A stretch of DNA of 63,558 nucleotides, counting the filler, from Reticulomyxa filosa (lineage: Eukaryota; Protista; Foraminifera), in the NCBI GenBank assembly GCA_000512085.1. It is 13 parts of 13 records of this genome, joined end to end, with 100 filler letters (N's around TTAATTAATTAA, not from the genome) between each part and the next. Parts side by side here need not be neighbours in the genome. Positions count along the whole stretch, not along the records: positions 1 to 18,234 come from ASPP01015582.1; positions 18,335 to 22,382 come from ASPP01000113.1; positions 22,483 to 33,361 come from ASPP01004674.1; 10 more parts are not named here. The stretch is one strand, 5' to 3'. Of this stretch, positions 14,501 through 28,433 are shown one piece after another. The notes under the pieces were generated by a model, which saw only the letters and a list, made by a program, of their open reading frames with translations, did not search any database and was not told where the DNA came from. Each line of letters opens with the position of its first letter. The first letter of the stretch is position 1. The position numbers and the translations under genes were made by a program.

Positions 14501-15329
14501 CCTTTTGTGTGTATACAATATATGTACATATATATTTGTAAAATACTTAGGTACACACCCACATGCTTATGCTTTGCGGTTGTGCTAGGATTAGTCATTT
14601 TGATGTTCGGTTTCTTGTTTATGGTAACTGTGCCCACCAGAGAGGCAGTTGTATTGTTGTTTCACGTGTTGATTGTAAGCTGCCATTGGAATTGTCTGCT
14701 AAGATTTTGTTGTGATTGTTCGACTGGTTTGCGTTGTGCACACTAGTGGTGGTACCCAAAGAGTCTCAACTAAGCGTAACCCCGCTGTATTGGATACCAC
14801 GCTGCTGCTTTGCCATCACAAAGTTTGAATCAACGGATTCAAACTGAGTCTTTGTCATTCAATTCTGGCCGAGGTCTTCACGGATACCATTGTCACTAGA
14901 AATGGAATGGGACCACGAAACAAATAAGCAAATAAAAACAATGAAAAAAAAAGATTCAAGAAAAACAAAACAAAACTGGATGATAGAAAAGGATTTGTTT
15001 TGAATTTTGAACTGTAAAGTTTGAGATGATTGGATTCTACAGCGGGCGAGTGTACCAAGCTGCAGAGGGCGCAATCTAACTTGCTTGAACACTTGATACG
15101 TAGTTGTCACTGTCATATTGGACAGAATGTTCTAAGTCTTTATTCAATATTAGACGTTGTTTTGTTGAATACATTGACATATATATGTATATTTATGTAA
15201 TAATGTATGCGTAGATAAACACAAAGCTTGAAATAAAAATGTATAGCGTGTGACAAACATAATTCATGCGATCTATCGTAACATTAGTAGAAACGGATAG
15301 TGATTGTTATTATCATTATTATTATTGTT

Positions 15330-15775
15330 AATATCTTTCGCATTTGTCGTAGTCAAAACACTGTCGTTTTTTGGGGCTCAAAGTCTAAGGTAATGATTTG
15401 CTTGTCCATGTCTTCACGAAGCTATGTGTTTTTTTTTACATAATTGGATTATAAAAATTATTTATAAAAACATATACAACTTACATTTGCATGGCACCGC
15501 CTCGTAATCGCAATACCAAATGCAATGCACTTTCTTTTTGGATGTTGTAGTCACTCTAATTGCTTTCCGGCAAAGATCAACCGTTGCTGCTCTAGAGGAA
15601 CGCCTTCATTGTCTGGGATTTTAGCTTTCACGTTCTGGGTCGTGTCGTTAGGCTCAATTTCTAACGTGATTGTTTTTCCAGTTAAAGTTTTCATGATACT
15701 ACTCATAATAAATGCAAATAATCGTCATGTTCGTATTAAGATAAGTCATACAACATAATATACTTACATTTGCAT
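15330..15775 (-). pseudogene. Polyubiquitin pseudogene (one near-complete monomer plus start of a second)
   Basis: MQ(intron)..[46 protein letters not shown], then a frameshifting deletion, then [23 protein letters not shown](intron GTAAGT)-FVKT. Confidence 0.9.
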
Positions 15776-18234
15776 CGATATTTTTTACTTTGTTTTTCAA
15801 AAGCACAGCAGACTTTTTTTAAGAAGAACACTCACCTCTTGGTCCTGATGATGATAAAAAAAACTTGCCTTTTTCTGTCAATAAAGGGGTTGCTAAAAAC
15901 TCTTTTGACAATATGCATATCTACATATCAAATTTGTTAAGAAAACAAATATTTTGTCTTCATTTTATATCTTTCATAATATCTTATTTATTTCAAAAAA
16001 CTATCAACAGAAAAATAAAAGACTAATTAATGCATATTTACAAAAAGATATAACCACCCTCAATAGCAATTGAGAATGTGTGCAAAACTATTCTTTATTA
16101 CTTATGTATAATGTTGAATATATGATGTTCTAAATAGAAAAACACAATCAAAGCAATATATGTAGATAATATGAGCCAATAAATGAAGATGTGCAATAAT
16201 AAATATTTGCATCAAATACAATGTATTAAAATATCTATTGAAGCCTAACATATACAAATATGAAAAACAAAAAGGGAGCACAAAAACAATAATTAAATAA
16301 ATTGATTTATAAATTACAAAAAAACATAAACAATTGAAATGAAAGAAACTTTTATATATTATAAGAAAATTATAATTGAATCAACTAGACATACGCATAA
16401 ACATTTTTGTGAAGTTACTTTCGTGCATCGAGACTCGTGTAATACAATCATTGCTGGATTTAACAATTGTGCCAGTTTTCACAGATATAACTGTGATATA
16501 CACTCAATGGTGGATAGTCCAGTCCCCAGTATATTAAATCATTGGCACTTGAGTTTTTGTACCACTCGTTATTGGCAAATTCACTGTTATTTTCATCCAA
16601 TGTCGTTGTGATTCAAAGTCTCCATACATTGGAGGCTTGTACATTCCGCTGTGTCTACCCCTCCTACACATAGCCGAACGAATACTGCTAAGATGCTTAT
16701 ACATAGCATATCCAGCTGTAAGGTGTTATTCCGTTCAAAATATTGCAATAAATGATGTGTACAAAACAAATGTTCACTCATTTCCAAGTTTATAACGTCA
16801 CAATCGTAAAAAAAAAAACCCCTTTGTGCAAACGTCTTTTTTTGTAATTGAAATTTAATGTCTTAAGTTAAAACCACTACTTGCACTATGAAAAAAGCAA
16901 TCAAAAAGCCGGCCCAAGAGAAAAAACTAAAGGAACGGAAATAAAAAGGGGGAGCAAGAGTGAAAATTACATACCTAAATCCAAATCGTTCAAAAAGCCG
17001 GCGAACAGTTTGGTAGTGTTTGACAAACTGTTGGAAATTCGAGTCAAACAAAAGTGCTATTGCGTGAAAAATTTAGAGTGGCGTTCAAGCAACAGTAGCA
17101 GATATCATTGCAGTAAAGTGGCAGCAAAGACAAATGGGGAATGATGAAGATCAACGACCAATTTATGCAAAACTTTCGCAGGCAGCAAATGCCATTGCGT
17201 TAGAACTGGATCGCGGTCTGTTGTTCAATGCCACTACGTGCAAGTACTTTGACCTATTCGAGGCACAATCGCTGAGCGCATTTTGGTGCTTCGAGAATGT
17301 CATTACACCGACCCGAGTTGCAGTTCGAAATGATCCTGTCTCACTTTGATGAAATGTTCACGTCATTAGAACGCTACTACGACTTGGCCAAGCAAAACGA
17401 GGAAATCATTTCCATCCTAAATCATTGACGGCGACCTCTTTGTACATGCTCAGGTTGACCTTGCTACGGCGTTGCACGCTTCGTCCTTGCCAACAATGAT
17501 AGCACCACTCAGCTTGTCACATTGACTGTTCTTCTCACCGGTACTAAAAACTAAGCCGGCACGCTAGTTGTCTAGCGCTCGTCCACTGTCACCGACAGAC
17601 CTAGCTCCAATGCCAATGACAATGCCAAAGCTGCGTCTTTGCAGGCCTTGGAGGGCAAAAAAGTCAAGTTTACTCTTGAGTTCCTCAAATACACTGTCAC
17701 ATCAGCCAAATATTGCTTCACTCATTCGTTGCCTTAGGGTCTGATCTCGCTCAGTTCAAGTGTGAAGCCCCTGCCGACGGCGCTAGTGTCAACGAGTTCA
17801 ATTCGGAGAGGCCTAGAAGTCCGCACCTTAAAGATCACCGAAAACTTTCGAAGTTTCATCGCGCTCGAAGGCGTCTAAATCACAGTGGCGATCTGATTTG
17901 GCGTGAAATGGAAAATGGATTCACCATTGGTTTTGATTACTGGATTTAAATCTTTAAAAACATTACATCCAAGAGATATCTTCTCGAGAAAAGATACGCA
18001 CATTGCAAAGCAAAAATTGCACAAGACTGTATTAGGAGACGAGCTGCAGAAAAAGGTGCAAGAAAGATGAATTAAAAAAGAGCGCGATTCTACAAAGAAG
18101 GTCAAAAAAATTAAAAAATCGTTGAAAAAAGAATAGTATACAAGTCCATGGGCGAAAAAGATGATAAAACTGAGAGAAGCGACCAATACAAATACTGGAA
18201 AAAGCAATGGAGATAAAAAGAAAATCAGACAAGC

Positions 18235-18334
18235 NNNNNNNNNNNNNNNNNNNNNNNNNNNNNNNNNNNNNNNNNNNNTTAATTAATTAANNNNNNNNNN
18301 NNNNNNNNNNNNNNNNNNNNNNNNNNNNNNNNNN
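18235..18334. other. Artificial contig spacer (N44-TTAATTAATTAA-N44), first of 12
   Basis: Identical 100-nt spacers start at 18235, 22383, 33362, 34462, 36928, 39292, 43167, 48009, 50018, 56096, 58610 and 62451. TTAATTAATTAA gives stops in all six frames, and genes are cut off at the spacers. Confidence 0.98.
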
Positions 18335-19605
18335 AAAATCATATTTTTGATCAACATAGAAAAAACTTATTATAAAACAAATTTCATATTTAAAAGCTAC
18401 AAGATTAGTAGATATTTTTAAAAAAATTAGTTTTAAATCTTTATTTTTCATGGAGAAAATTGATTCAATGTCATTTAGGTATAGCAGTTTTCTTTGCAAC
18501 ATACTGTAGTATAACTTTGGTTAAATTTCTAATGATGATTATACAATTATTTCAACGTCAATAGCAATTCATGTTCAATTTGTACTTCATTTTGTTAAAT
18601 ATACTTATACTATGTGTATTAATCAATTAAGAAAGTTTATTTATTTTTTGTTCTAATTTTGATTTTTTAAATAAAATATGTCAAAATAAAGTAATAATAT
18701 TACAATTAAATCACGGTCAAATAATGATCAATTACAATACAACAGCAGCTAATAAAGCACTTTAGATAATTAAATATATTCAATATTAAATGAATTTTCG
18801 TTAAATAATATAACTTGTCATTTACAACTACTTCAACTTGTATTAAATTTATTTTTTCAAATTAATTATTGCTGTTTGTCAATTAAATTAAATTAAATTG
18901 TATAATAACTATGTATTCACAAATAAGTTTATCAAACTTTTCACTAATAATATACATTATAATGTTGATTTTCACTATTTCTGCTTTAAAATAACATAAA
19001 TTAAACTATAATATTTTATTAACATAAAAAGTAAAGCACAAAATTGAAAAAATGAACTTTTCGAATAATATATACATTTTCTTAAGTATTGTTGAACTAA
19101 ATATTGTTCAATAGTATTTAAACGTTAGTTTTCGACTGTAAATAGTGTTATATTCAATAATTGTAATATAATCTGTAACATCACTTTACGTATCAATCAT
19201 CCAATCTGATAATGCGAACATTATTGCTTATACATTTAATGATAGTATTTTTTTTAGATAAGTTTTTTTAAAGATTCCTGGCACAAAAAAACCAGATTTT
19301 TATCATTTTTTTGTGCAAAAGCTTTTTAAAGCATTGCGAAATAATAAAAATTATATATCTTTTTTTGTAAACGTTGTTAGCACATAGTATTTTTATGCAA
19401 ATTTCATTGCCATATTTTCGCATAATGAACTTTTTTTAATTTTCATGTGTGACAAGAAACTACATATAGTTTAGCAGACTCAACAAATTTTTCGGAAAGT
19501 GATAACATGAAAATGTTGGATTTAAAAAAACAAACAGAGAATTGGCATCGTTATTTCTACCAAAAAAAAGAAAATGGAAAAGAACTGTGCAATGAATGTA
19601 TTGGA

Positions 19606-21343
19606 TTAGTACCAGCGAGGTACACAATGAAACGGTTCAATAGGTTCGTCTCTTTCAAGCTCCAAAGCAGTCAAAAAGGAGTTACTAGCCAATTCGTAGA
19701 GTTGGCTCTGTTCTTGAATTTTAGCTAACACAAACCACGCCCTTGAATTGGAGGCGTCGATACGTAAGGCGCAATCCACAAAGGACTTGGCATCGCTAGT
19801 GTTGCCCAACTTCATTTCGACAGTAGCTTCTCCGATTAACGCACGAATATTTTGTGGGAAATAAGTAACAGAAGTTTGATAATATTGCAAGGCGACTTTT
19901 AGAGAAAGAGCTTTTTGATAAGACGACGTATTCAAATAAGAGACCCCCTCCATGATAGCATTTTCAGCAGCGGCATTATTGATCGGAGTGCCTACACTGC
20001 CAGCGCCGGTGTTGGTCTGTCCAACGGCGTTGGCATTGCCCATACCAGTTGGAGAAGAAGCAACGAGGTCGGCATTGCCACTGACTCCAGGATTGCCAAT
20101 AACAGGTCGAGGAGACGAGGCAATATTGGAATCGATACCGTTGCTATCATAAAACAGATTGGTGTCCAGAGTGGTGGGATTGCTGCCGGTGTTGTAATAG
20201 TAATTGGAAGAGGACGACGAAGAGGGATTGTTGTAGAGATATGAGGTTTCGACATAAGAGTCTTGCATCGACTGCGTCAACAATTCGTCATTGTACTGCG
20301 CACAGTCGCCAAGCTGTGTGTAGATTTCACTCAGCACTTTGTCGTAATACGCCGCCATGGGACTCTTTTGCAAGTGGATGCGGGAGTCGTTCGTGGTGCT
20401 CAGCAAGTAATTGCATTCCGTGATCTTGTGCATCGGCGTGGACGTGGCATTTCCTCCGAAAAATTGCAATGCAAACTCCATGCATTGAAACGCATATTTC
20501 GGGGCACTCACATTTGGACTTAAATAAAACTTTGACAATGTCAATAACAACTCCAGCCGAATTTCTCCCAATGCTCTCTGCATATGATAGGGACCTTTTG
20601 GATTGACAAACTGAACTAATTCCGCATTGCTTTTTTTTTTTTTAAAAAAAAAAAGGGGGGGAACATTGTTTATGAGGTTCACTTCCAAAAGTTAAAAAAA
20701 AAAAAAAACATCAAACTTTTTTTGAATCGGTTGGAATAATAAACACTCTTTATTGGATTTCGGCAATTTGGTCATTTTGTAACATCGTTCATTGAACAGA
20801 GCTTTGGTCAATTCCTTGAAAATTTCCAAGGGCGCACTAATTCGATTTTGTTTAATCAAAATCTTGGCTTTGGTCAACTTCAGTTTGTACTTGTAATAGG
20901 TACGCAATGCGTTTTTATTGGCGATTGCACTGTTATTGACATTGGCGGCGGGGTTACTCGTTCCCAGGGGCATGCAATCGCTTTGCGTCAAATTCAAACC
21001 GGGGAAATCATGGCATTTGACGGCCTGTTCGATGGCGCGATAGGACTCCATCCAATTGCGCTTGCTCGACAACAGCAAGCTCAGCAAGTGCCACGACTCG
21101 CTATGGTAAGGATTGGCATTAGTCAACACGGGCCGAATGTCCTCCAGTGCGCTTTCAATGTCACCCAGGTCGGCACGCGCGCAGGCCAAATTGAACATCA
21201 CATTCGGATTCGATGGACTCAGCGTGCAACTTCGAATCATCGATTTCATTGCCAATTGATGCAACGCTTTGCGATCCTCGAAATTGAATGCTGTGACACA
21301 GATCCATCACAAATGGAATTAAACAAATGTATACATATCATCT

Positions 21344-21378
<35 letters not shown>

Positions 21379-22382
21379 ACGAAACGCCTTCCCCCTCTTT
21401 CTCCTTCGCTCTCCCTCTCCTCTATCCCTTTCTCGCATCTTCGCAAAACTGTCATGTGCTTTTTGCGTTGCAGACAAGGAAAACAACATATACGCCACCG
21501 GGCGCTGATCGACCAAAAACATGGACTGACTGCATTGTCGAATGAACTGGCTATCCAAAGAAAGCCTCACTGCCGCTCTGGCGTAATTCATCGCAGTGCT
21601 GCTGTCTTTCATTACAAGCGCACAACGCGCTGCTAACAAGGATGCCGACAGCCACATGTGATTGCGCATCGCCGTGCTGCTCTCAGATTCAGTCGATCCG
21701 TCCACGTACAGTTCTAAACAATCCAACAATTACATATATATGTATATGTATATATATATATGTATATATGTATACAAAACTGGATGGGACAATGGTGTCA
21801 GTTTGCACGGCATGCCAACAAGCCTTGATGGCATCACTCAATTGAGAATTACCATACAAACTGATGGCATAGCGATACCAACAACTGCTGTCAAAGGGTC
21901 TCGAGTTGACATGTCTCAACAAGTATCGGTTCAAACAACCGAACTGACGACGACGGGCCAGCCAGGTGATCAAATACACGAAGCCGGTCGTCGACTCCCT
22001 TATGATCTTGAGCGTTTCGTCTTGCGACAGGATATATGTGGAAGAGTCGTCCACGACCGTGGACACGAGCGTGTCGATCGTATTGGTCCCGGCGCTGCTC
22101 ACAGTGGTATCCTCGCCCAAGTGGTGATAACTCAAGTCCTTCGAGCTCGTCCCCACCATCGTTCCGGTGCTCCCAACTGGCAAGTTGTTCGACGAGTCCT
22201 CCAAGGTCCGCGTTTTTCCTTCGTTTGGTTCGTCCTTGTGCAAGGTCAACGAGCTGCCTGTCGGCACGCTCAGTAAGGGTTGAACCACGCGTGCATTTTC
22301 CAATCGATTAACAGAATTGTTGGACAGCAATGGTGTATCTAACGAGTACATAAACATACATACATACATACATACATACATA
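19606..22382 (-). CDS. TTC7/Ypp1-like tetratricopeptide repeat protein (multi-exon, 5' truncated)
   Basis: TPR helices (NVMFNLACARADLGDIESAL, SESWHLLSLLLSSKRNW, SRAWFVLAKIQE). The C-terminus ALELERDEPIEPFHCVPR resembles the TTC7/NPG1 end. Exons lie in ORFs 21689-22381, 21343-21729, 20692-21264 and 19606-20688. Confidence 0.75.
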
Positions 22383-22482
22383 NNNNNNNNNNNNNNNNNN
22401 NNNNNNNNNNNNNNNNNNNNNNNNNNTTAATTAATTAANNNNNNNNNNNNNNNNNNNNNNNNNNNNNNNNNNNNNNNNNNNN

Positions 22483-22540
<58 letters not shown>
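22483..22540. repeat. (TA)n microsatellite
   Basis: Perfect TA run at the contig start. Other simple repeats: (CATA)n 22355-22382, (ATT)n 22678-22710, (CAA)n on the minus strand 42623-42663. Confidence 0.95.
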
Positions 22541-22548
<8 letters not shown>

Positions 22549-22570
22549 TTATATAAACATATTATCCCAA

Positions 22571-22675
22571 TCACAGTTCGTAGTTTGGTAGTTTGTAATT
22601 TTGAACATGGACGTTACCAGGTTGGGCATTAGTCATGCCATAAGAATTCGGAGCACTTTGTGTAAACGATACATG

Positions 22676-22711
<36 letters not shown>

Positions 22712-23212
22712 GAGTTTAAAGAAAAGATTGGATGCGCTATTAGACGTGATCATTGGAATGGCACAAGACAAAGGATTGCTTTGCTGAGTTTGCACTTGGG
22801 GTAGATTTGGCGCACTCGACACCGCGCTAAAATACAACGTTGATTGCAAGTCGGTGGTGCCAATGTCGTGCTTCTCTTCCGCTGCTGGCAACGACGGAAC
22901 ACGTAATGGCAAATACTGTTGCTGCTGCTGTTGCTGAATAATATGCTGCGATGGTGACGGTGGCATATCCAAAACTACTCTCGCAGAGTTTGGCTTTTGC
23001 GGGGTCTCCACAACCAAAGACAATACACGTCCGTCTGCCATGTATGCGTCCAAATGGCTGTCAAATCCATCGTCCAAAAATTCGGACATTGAAGTGGACG
23101 CCGTTTTTACATGACTGTCGTCACCTGCGATTGACGAAAGGTCGTCCATCTTCAAGTGCGCTTCTAATGATGTTTTTGATAACACTTCTCTATTCAATTT
23201 TGATTTTTCCAC
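22571..23212 (-). CDS. Hypothetical protein, low-complexity N-terminal exon (polyQ, polyN), 3' truncated
   Basis: 213-aa ORF with higher GC than its flanks, running towards a TA-rich intron at the contig end. No domain recognised. Confidence 0.5.
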
Positions 23213-25999
23213 TATACAGGTCTAGCGTAAAACAATGTATCACTATTTGTATTCAACAGGTCGTCCGTTCTTTTTTTTTGGTCCGCAAACTGTGTTTGAC
23301 GTAGGTGAGTTAAACAACTCAATGCTCTAAAAAGTAAGTGAAAAGCTCTCTGCTTCTAATTGTAGTGAAGGGAGCCATAGAACAATTTCTAATATGTTTT
23401 TGTTAATAGATCTTTCATGTCGTTAGTAGAAACGCCTTGAAAAATGCTTACTTATTACGTTGTGAACACTCGAACAAAAGTAGAATACAAGTAAAAAAAG
23501 AAAAATATTATCATTATAGTAAATTGATTAAACATAACCATCATTCAAAAAATTATTTTGACAGCCTCCTTATTTACTCTTCGAAACACGTAGCAAAGAA
23601 AAAACAGTGCGCCAGAAATTCTTTGTCAAACGTCCAAATCATGACCAGAAACGCGTTGAGTGTGTTTGTTTCTCTTTTTGTTGCAAAAGGAAAGTTTTGT
23701 GATCACATGATACCTGCAGCGCAGTTGTACTCCAAAGAAAGAGGAGGGAAAAAGGAAATTTAGTTGCAATAATCAAGTTTTTGAAAAACTTAATAGTGTA
23801 TTAAAAAAATCATAAACCTTATCAACGATCAATCTACTTAAAATTGGTTGAGATATTAAGAGTTTCTCATTCTTTACAATTACTTCGCAAAAAACTTAAA
23901 TAATTGTATAGCAAAGCTCAGATATAAAATGTCATTTTGTTTATTTTTATTATCTGCATGCGTTTATTTCCTGATCGCTTTGAAAAAGGACAACTTTAGG
24001 TTTTTTCAATTGCTGATAATGCTTAATGGTAATCACTTGCAAAAACTTAATAAATATCTGCATACTGAATTCGGCAACTGCTTGTATAACATCATTATGA
24101 GGTGTAAATATCAGAAACATCATTAACATCAAAAACGCCATTAACACTAGAAATTGGGTCATAATAGATCCGATTGTATTAATAAATTTTTTTTGGATTC
24201 CTAATTTCTTGTCTAGATTCTATTTCATTTAAGTAGATAAGTCCAAAAAAATTAATGTATGTATTTTATTCTTTAAAAAAACTGATAGTCAAACGTTGAT
24301 AAAAAAATGATAATTGACCTTGAACTTATTGACTACCAAATTACGCACGATATGATCTATTACAACTTGGAAGACGACATCGCGAGATTTGCAGTTGAAT
24401 ATATGTACGTGGAATTGTGGATGAAGTGATATGTCGAAAATATACCATATTGAATTGGAAAAAAGCAGAAGAACATTATTGTAATGCATATATGCATCTA
24501 TGTGAGTCTATAATCACATTATTAATCTAGACTAATGAGAAAAGGTTTTGCATATATTGTGATAAACACCATTAGTCTTCTGCTTAGCAGAGATGCAATG
24601 GGATTGCACAAATAGCTTAAAAAATTGAAAGGATACCATATTTTGGAAAAAAGGTACTATAGATCTAAATAAATTACGTTATGAGTCATTTTTCATTTCT
24701 TTGTAAGTGTAAAGAAAAGTAAGAAAGAAGAATTAAGTTTGTTGATGAAGTTTAACATACTGGGGATTCCTCCGTTCCCTTGACGTTTAGATACTTATAA
24801 TATGGACTTGACCTACACTTGCTATAAGGATTTTAGTCAAAGCAAATAAAGCTTGATACATTTAAATATACGCAATACTTCTTGAATTTAACTGTAGACC
24901 TTGATAAGATTATGTTAATTAAAATAAATCGAATATTTCGTTAAAAATTTTAAGTTCATTATATTCGTATAACTGCTTCCAAACATAACCTTTCCAAATA
25001 ATGAATAAAAACTCGAAGAGAAAAAGGTGATTTGTAAATAAAATAATACTTCATATTTGCTTTTTTTCCCAAGTTCAATCAGACTTCTAACTATTTCAAT
25101 TGGAGAATTTTTTCAATGTTAACTGTCAACTTCGTTGTTGGAGCATTTGCTACGCTAAGTTTAAGAAAAAAAAAATCTCAAGTTTTTTATTTTTTACTAC
25201 ACGTGTTGCACGATAAAACAACAAAGATGCTTTTTATCACAAAGTAATGCATCTCGTGTTCTTCATACACTAGCTCATCCACTTGCAGTGCCACATCTGT
25301 TCGCGCGTGGAATTCATCTTCTAAGATATGATGTAAGTTTTTTTTGTGTTGTAATGTTGTTATACATTTTTCTACTATCCTTTTTTATACGTTGTTATCA
25401 TTTCCCTTTTTATACATTTTATCATCCTTTTTTGATAAAAAAACCACTTTCTGACATTGTTTGATTGAGCAAATTTATTCAAGATAAACTACATCGTGTA
25501 TGTATTTTTTTTATTTGATTTTTTTAAAGAAAAATAATGAAATTTAGAACATCATTATTTGAACTATTTGCTGAAGAACGACTGTTGATTATCTTTCCAA
25601 CATGTGGTTGACTTAGTTGTAAATAATGATCTAAACAATGAAAAAGTCAACAGCATTCCTAAACTAGAATATTTGTTGACTGATTGTTAAAACAAAGAAT
25701 GTGAGTTTATATTAACATCTAAGACATTTTTGAACAACTGACCAAAATCACAGTTTAGTGAAATTATCTTTATAATTTCTTTTGATATTTTCTTATTGAA
25801 ACTTATTCAAAATCATTTTGCGAAAATTGCATTCAATTTATAGTCGTTTTTTTCAACACAATGATTATTACAAAAATACATTTTTATAAAAAAATTATGA
25901 TGTGAAAATTAAAATGTGTTTTATCGACATATAGTCTCAATTAGATTTTTGACAGTGTTAATGTAAGTATTGAAACTTTTTTGAATTTATTTTGTTAGA

Positions 26000-28433
26000 A
26001 TTACTTCGATATGTTGGCTCTTGTTTCATCTATAAATTTTTTTAAATAGTCTTTATCTACAGTAATTTTGCAAACAAAATGTATTTTGTTATCGTTATTG
26101 AAGCGTTTTTGAGCAAGCTCATACTAATTCGGACATTTCTTGTCTTAACAATTGATTAGCGTGGATTAATTCATCATTAACATCGGCCATGCATTGCAGA
26201 TTATCCAGTGATTTTTTGATTTTACTGTATTTCTTTTTAATGTCGCTCTCTCGTTTTGCAGCTCATCATTTGAAGTTGTCAATGTATCCGCAGATTCTTG
26301 TAAACTTTCAATTGTTGGCGCAGTAAGTCTTGAGTGCTTTTGTTTTCTTTCACGCATGATTTCAAATTTGACAATTGCTTTCTTAGTTCTTCATTTTCTT
26401 TTTCTACACGATTTAAATGACTACCGAGCACTCTATTTTCTGACCCAATCTTGCTCGCTCTTTTTTTTGTTATATTTTTCACAAACTGGCTCTAACTTTC
26501 CGAAATAAATAGAAAAATTTGGAAGTTAAGAATTGTTTCAAAACTGTCGGCTGACTTCTTCATAAGAATCAACAGATACTGTTGTTGTGGACAACTTAGT
26601 TAAATCCGCTTTGGTATTTTCTAGCTGTAATGACAGTCTTTCGATTTTTTTATAACATTCACTTAATTCTTGTGATAGCTTCTCTGTTTTATCGTTTGCC
26701 TCCTGAAGTTTACTTACGCAGATTGAATTTTTACGATTTTCTTCAATATCTTTCTTCAACTGTGTATTCATTTCTTGTAAAGCTTCATTGTTAACCGTCA
26801 GTTGTGTATTTTCCAACCGCAGCTTTTGAATAAGTGCTTGCAATTGTGGCAACTGATTCCTTAATTCAGTGTTTTCTTCCTTGTAGTTTTCCAGTTCAGC
26901 TTCTTGAATGCGAATAGTTTCAGTCAATTGATTTACACGGATATCAGATTTACTACTTTGTTCTTTTGTTGACCTGACGTTACTAGTCAGTGTTTTTATC
27001 TCAGTGTTCAGTTCCAGCACCTTCCATAAAAAAAAACTCAATATCTTTTTTCCTGTCATCTACAAAGGCCAAACAAACTAAAAGATGTACCTCTGCTCGT
27101 GAGTGATCCAATTCAAAGATAATTGCTTTCAATTTTTCATTTAATCTGGTACTTTCTAACTCTAATTCCTGATTTTCAGCTGTTAAGCGTTCCAACTTTA
27201 GGCGCAAAAAAAAAAACACACAAAAATTTGACGGCTAATTTATAACGAAAAGTATATTTGTGTCTTGTGATCGATGAATTACGAAAAGTGCAAGGTAACT
27301 TTTTGTTGTTGTCTTTCACAAGTTTGCTTTAATTCTTGCAAAGCAGATTCTTTTCTTTGCGATTCTGACTGACGGCATCTGTTCGCATGCTCTCTTTCAG
27401 CATCGTATTGACGCATCTGTATATAATATATAAAGTCTCTTACAGCATTTAATAGGCCAAAACAAAGCAAAAGAGCAAACTGTGTTATCCAACGAATCGG
27501 AAATTTGTTGTGTGCTCCTTGAAAAATCGTCTTTTTGTTGTTGTAGTTGCAAATTCTCTTTTCTCAGTATATCAATTTCATTCATCAATTTATTGACATG
27601 GGTGTGATGTTTCGCTTGCAAGTCGTTAATCCTTTTACATTGTTCCGTTCTTTCACTATCCAAATGGCTTCTCAAAAAAGTGCAGTCGTCCGTTTTTACT
27701 TTCAATTGCACTTTCACTCTTTCCAACTCGCGGACACATTCATTTTTTTCATCACGTAATGTGTTTTGTGCATCGTCCATTTGCTCGGACAGAGATTGTT
27801 GCACCTCCATCATTCGTTGCATGGACATTTCCAACTTGTTTTCCAAACTTGATTGATATGTTTTATTGCTCAAAAATTTCTCTCGGTAGCTTTCCAATTC
27901 ATTTTGGATTTCATTGTTCACTATATCATTTGATTGCGACCCCAAAACAATATTGAGGAGGGAGAGGACAAAAAAAAGGACAGAACAAAGAATGGAGTGA
28001 GAGGACTCTTTTTTTCTTCCTCCCTCCGTCCTTATTTACCTTTTTGCAGCTGCCTGGTCAATGATTCGTTACTTATCAATTTATTGTTTAACTCTTCGAT
28101 TTTCTGTTCATAACTAATTTTTGCACGCTGAAAGTCTCTTTGATTGCTCAACTGGATCTCTTTCATTTCATGGTCATGTCTGCGTGTGAAATGGCTGTGC
28201 TCCAACTCGAAAGATTTTGCGCGAGACTTCCATTCTTCCAGCGCTATTGCATTTTTGGCATTCCGGTCTTCCGCTTCTCGTCGGTGTTTGCACGCCAATT
28301 CATATTTGTTTTTCCATTTCTTAATTTCAAACTTAAACGTCTCGATCTGTCCCTCACGTCCTTGCCCCGTTGCCGCACTCTTTATTCGGTTGCCTGATAT
28401 TTCACTGTTGTAGCCGCGGTAATAAGAGTCCAA
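26000..28433 (-). CDS. Long coiled-coil protein (multi-exon; ends uncertain)
   Basis: Successive E/K/L/Q-rich heptad ORFs (28032-28433, 27397-27945, 27001-27219, 26538-27059, 26279-26482, 26166-26357) separated by short AT-rich introns. Confidence 0.65.

Noticed and set aside
14760-15130. Possible eIF3f/MPN-like fragment
   Set aside because: Only a vague resemblance, with no diagnostic motif.
1-18234. Alternative genetic code or RNA editing explaining the in-frame stops
   Set aside because: The broken genes also have frameshifts, deletions and catalytic-motif decay, while intact genes elsewhere (RPL7A, Rh, CLC) read normally in the standard code.
16860-18234. Coding-like lysine-rich fragments
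   Set aside because: Interrupted by stops and no family recognised; not callable.
19915-22311. Long plus-strand ORFs opposite the TPR gene
   Set aside because: Antisense shadows of the more GC-rich minus-strand exons.
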